Below are positions 62,295 through 64,000 of a stretch of 64,000 nucleotides of DNA, piece by piece. Below the pieces are notes generated by a model. The model did no database searches. It was not told where the DNA came from and saw only the letters and a program-made list of their open reading frames with translations. Both the position numbers and the translations under genes were made by a program. Numbering within the stretch: position 1 is the stretch's first letter; each line of letters starts with the position of its first letter. The DNA lies in assembly GCA_963771465.1 (NCBI GenBank), contig CAVYTU010000015.1, positions 352,001 through 416,000 of the forward strand, written 5' to 3'. The DNA comes from an uncultured delta proteobacterium. GTDB taxonomy: Bacteria > Desulfobacterota > Binatia > UBA9968.

Positions 62295-63623
62295 TTATTT
62301 ATTATGCTGGTTGATTTCTGCGGCGAGCAGGATCGCTTGAGCGACATCCGCCATCGGCTTGCGCATGTTCATACTCGTCTTTTTGATCAACGAATAGGCT
62401 TGTTCTTCTGACAGCCGGCGCTGCTCCATCAACAGACCTTTGGCCCGTTCGATGATTTTGCGCGACTCCAAGTTTTCTCGCAGAGACTCGTTTTCCTGCT
62501 GCAGGGCGTGGAAGTCCTGGAAGCGCGAAATTGCCAATTCGATCGCCGGGCTGACCGCTTCCACGCGCACCGGTTTTAATAGCAGAGCCATCACGCCCGC
62601 TTTGGTGGCGCGCTCGACCGTCGTGGCATCGTAATGGCTGGTGATCAGGACGACGGGGAGGCGAATGTTCGCCAAGATATCGCTCGCCACGTGAATCCCG
62701 TCGAGATCGGCTAAACCGACTGCCATGAGCATCACATCCGGCGTCGTCGCCCGTGCCAATGCCACCGCGAGTTTGCCGCTACTCCCTTCGCCGACGACCT
62801 CGTATCCGCTCGCGAGTAAAATGTTGATGAGTTGCCGGCGGGAAGGTTCATGGTCGTCGATGACCAAGGCTTTTCTCATAGCCAGGGCCTGGCCTCGATC
62901 TCTCTGTCGGCTGCGCGCTCCGCCGACGCGGCGGACAAACTCGCTGAGAAATCGTTCGCCGTAATATTTCAGCGTGGGTCCGTACTTCTGCGTGTCCGCC
63001 AATATCTTGTCGGGCAAGATGTAGGGCGCAAGGGCGAGATCTTTCGATCGTTGCTCGATCCAACGTTCGATCATGGATGGCGTCACCTCGAGATGAAATT
63101 GCAGACCGTAGATCGACTTGCCGACGCGAAACGCCTGATTCTTGAAATGGACCGATGACGCCAATCGTATAGCGTCGCTCGGTAATTCAAAGCCATCGCC
63201 ATGCCACTGAAACACCGTAGCATTTTCCGGCAGGTAACCGAGCAAAGAATCGACTTGGCCGTGGGGCGTAATCGAGATTGGACACCAGCCAATCTCTTTG
63301 ACGGGTCCGTGAAATACCGCTGCGCCAATCGTCGAAGCGATCAGCTGTGCGCCGAGACAAATACCGAGAATCGGTACGGCTTCATCGATGGCGGCGCGGA
63401 TAATTCTTTTTTCCCAGCGCAGGAACGGAAAGTCGTCCTCGTCGTCGATGCTCATCGGGCCGCCGAGAACGATCAGCGCTTTAACCCGTTGCCAATCCTC
63501 GGTCGGCATCTCACCGTGAAACAGTCTCAAGACTTGGTATGCCGCGCCTTGCTTCTCCAGCACTTCGGCGAAGAAGCCAAGATCTTCGAAAGGATCATGC
63601 TGGAAAACCAACACTTCTTCCAT
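62295..63623 (-). CDS. Class I glutamine amidotransferase in frame with a pseudo-receiver ANTAR antiterminator (ANTAR part from ATG 62879)
   Basis: GGPMS, GICLGAQL, QFHLEV; then LVIDD..MLMAVGL (phospho-Asp replaced by Ala) and RKIIERAKGLLM..AYSLIKKTSMN. Confidence 0.85.
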   Translation of the reverse strand: MEEVLVFQHDPFEDLGFFAEVLEKQGAAYQVLRLFHGEMPTEDWQRVKALIVLGGPMSIDDEDDFPFLRWEKRIIRAAIDEAVPILGICLGAQLIASTIGAAVFHGPVKEIGWCPISITPHGQVDSLLGYLPENATVFQWHGDGFELPSDAIRLASSVHFKNQAFRVGKSIYGLQFHLEVTPSMIERWIEQRSKDLALAPYILPDKILADTQKYGPTLKYYGERFLSEFVRRVGGARSRQRDRGQALAMRKALVIDDHEPSRRQLINILLASGYEVVGEGSSGKLAVALARATTPDVMLMAVGLADLDGIHVASDILANIRLPVVLITSHYDATTVERATKAGVMALLLKPVRVEAVSPAIELAISRFQDFHALQQENESLRENLESRKIIERAKGLLMEQRRLSEEQAYSLIKKTSMNMRKPMADVAQAILLAAEINQHNK

Positions 63624-63682
63624 TGGCTGCTCAACCCATATCCTCGCGCCCTCTCGCGGGCGGTTGCGCGCGAGAATCAAAC

Positions 63683-63953
63683 TTAGATATCGAAATAGAG
63701 AGCGAACTCCCAAGGATGGGGACGGAGCCGGATGGCATCGATCTCGTTCTTTCTCTTGTACTCCAGCCAGGTCTCGATCACGTCCTTGGTGAAGACATCG
63801 CCTCTCAGCAAAAAGTCATGATCCTTCTCCAAGGCGTGCAATGCTTGATTCAACGACCCCGGCATCGATTTCACCTTGGCCGCCTCTTCGGGTCTCCAAC
63901 TCATACAAGTCCTTGTCGATCGATTTGGGCGGCTCGATCTTGTTTCTGATCTT
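63683..63953 (-). pseudogene. glnA: Glutamine synthetase I C-terminal fragment
   Basis: [18 protein letters not shown] / [29 protein letters not shown]; +1 frameshift near 63894; homology lost above ~63953. Confidence 0.8.
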
Positions 63954-64000
63954 GTAAACATTAATTTGGTAAGCGGAGCCGGCTCGGATTTGATTCAATC

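Overview
GC-rich bacterial chromosome segment, probably from a deltaproteobacterium-like lineage such as Ca. Binatia (inferred from gene content, not tested). 1-28 kb is core genome on the minus strand: fusA(partial)-rpsG-rpsL-rpoC-rpoB-rplL/J/A/K-nusG-secE-tRNA-Trp-rpmG-tuf-4 tRNAs, rlmB, lptFG (+ strand), rpsI-rplM, tRNA-Asp/Val, lon-clpX-clpP-tig, tRNA-Leu. A ~3.7 kb integrase-less islet sits in tRNA-Lys(CTT), bounded by a 52 bp direct repeat. It carries three AT-rich unknown genes, fluoride riboswitch-crcB, a broken iota-carbonic-anhydrase-like gene and an LmtA-like lipid A methyltransferase. Next come tRNAs, rdgB-rph-aldh-yhaM-yggT-yggS, a heme-c (DUF3365) Ser/Thr kinase with an ECF43-type sigma and a secreted protein, a hidden UxxC PrdB/GrdB-like selenoprotein with a SECIS hairpin, two TctC proteins, histidine kinase remnants, a frameshifted ArnT-like gene and a porin. 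The right end is a sigma54-type nitrate assimilation cluster. The best candidate for a new system is next to it: a class I glutamine amidotransferase joined to a pseudo-receiver ANTAR protein, beside a clear ANTAR two-hairpin/terminator leader that controls a small ORF-STAS-metallo-beta-lactamase operon. Several single-base indels at 49-64 kb may be assembly errors, so fusion and pseudogene calls there are provisional.
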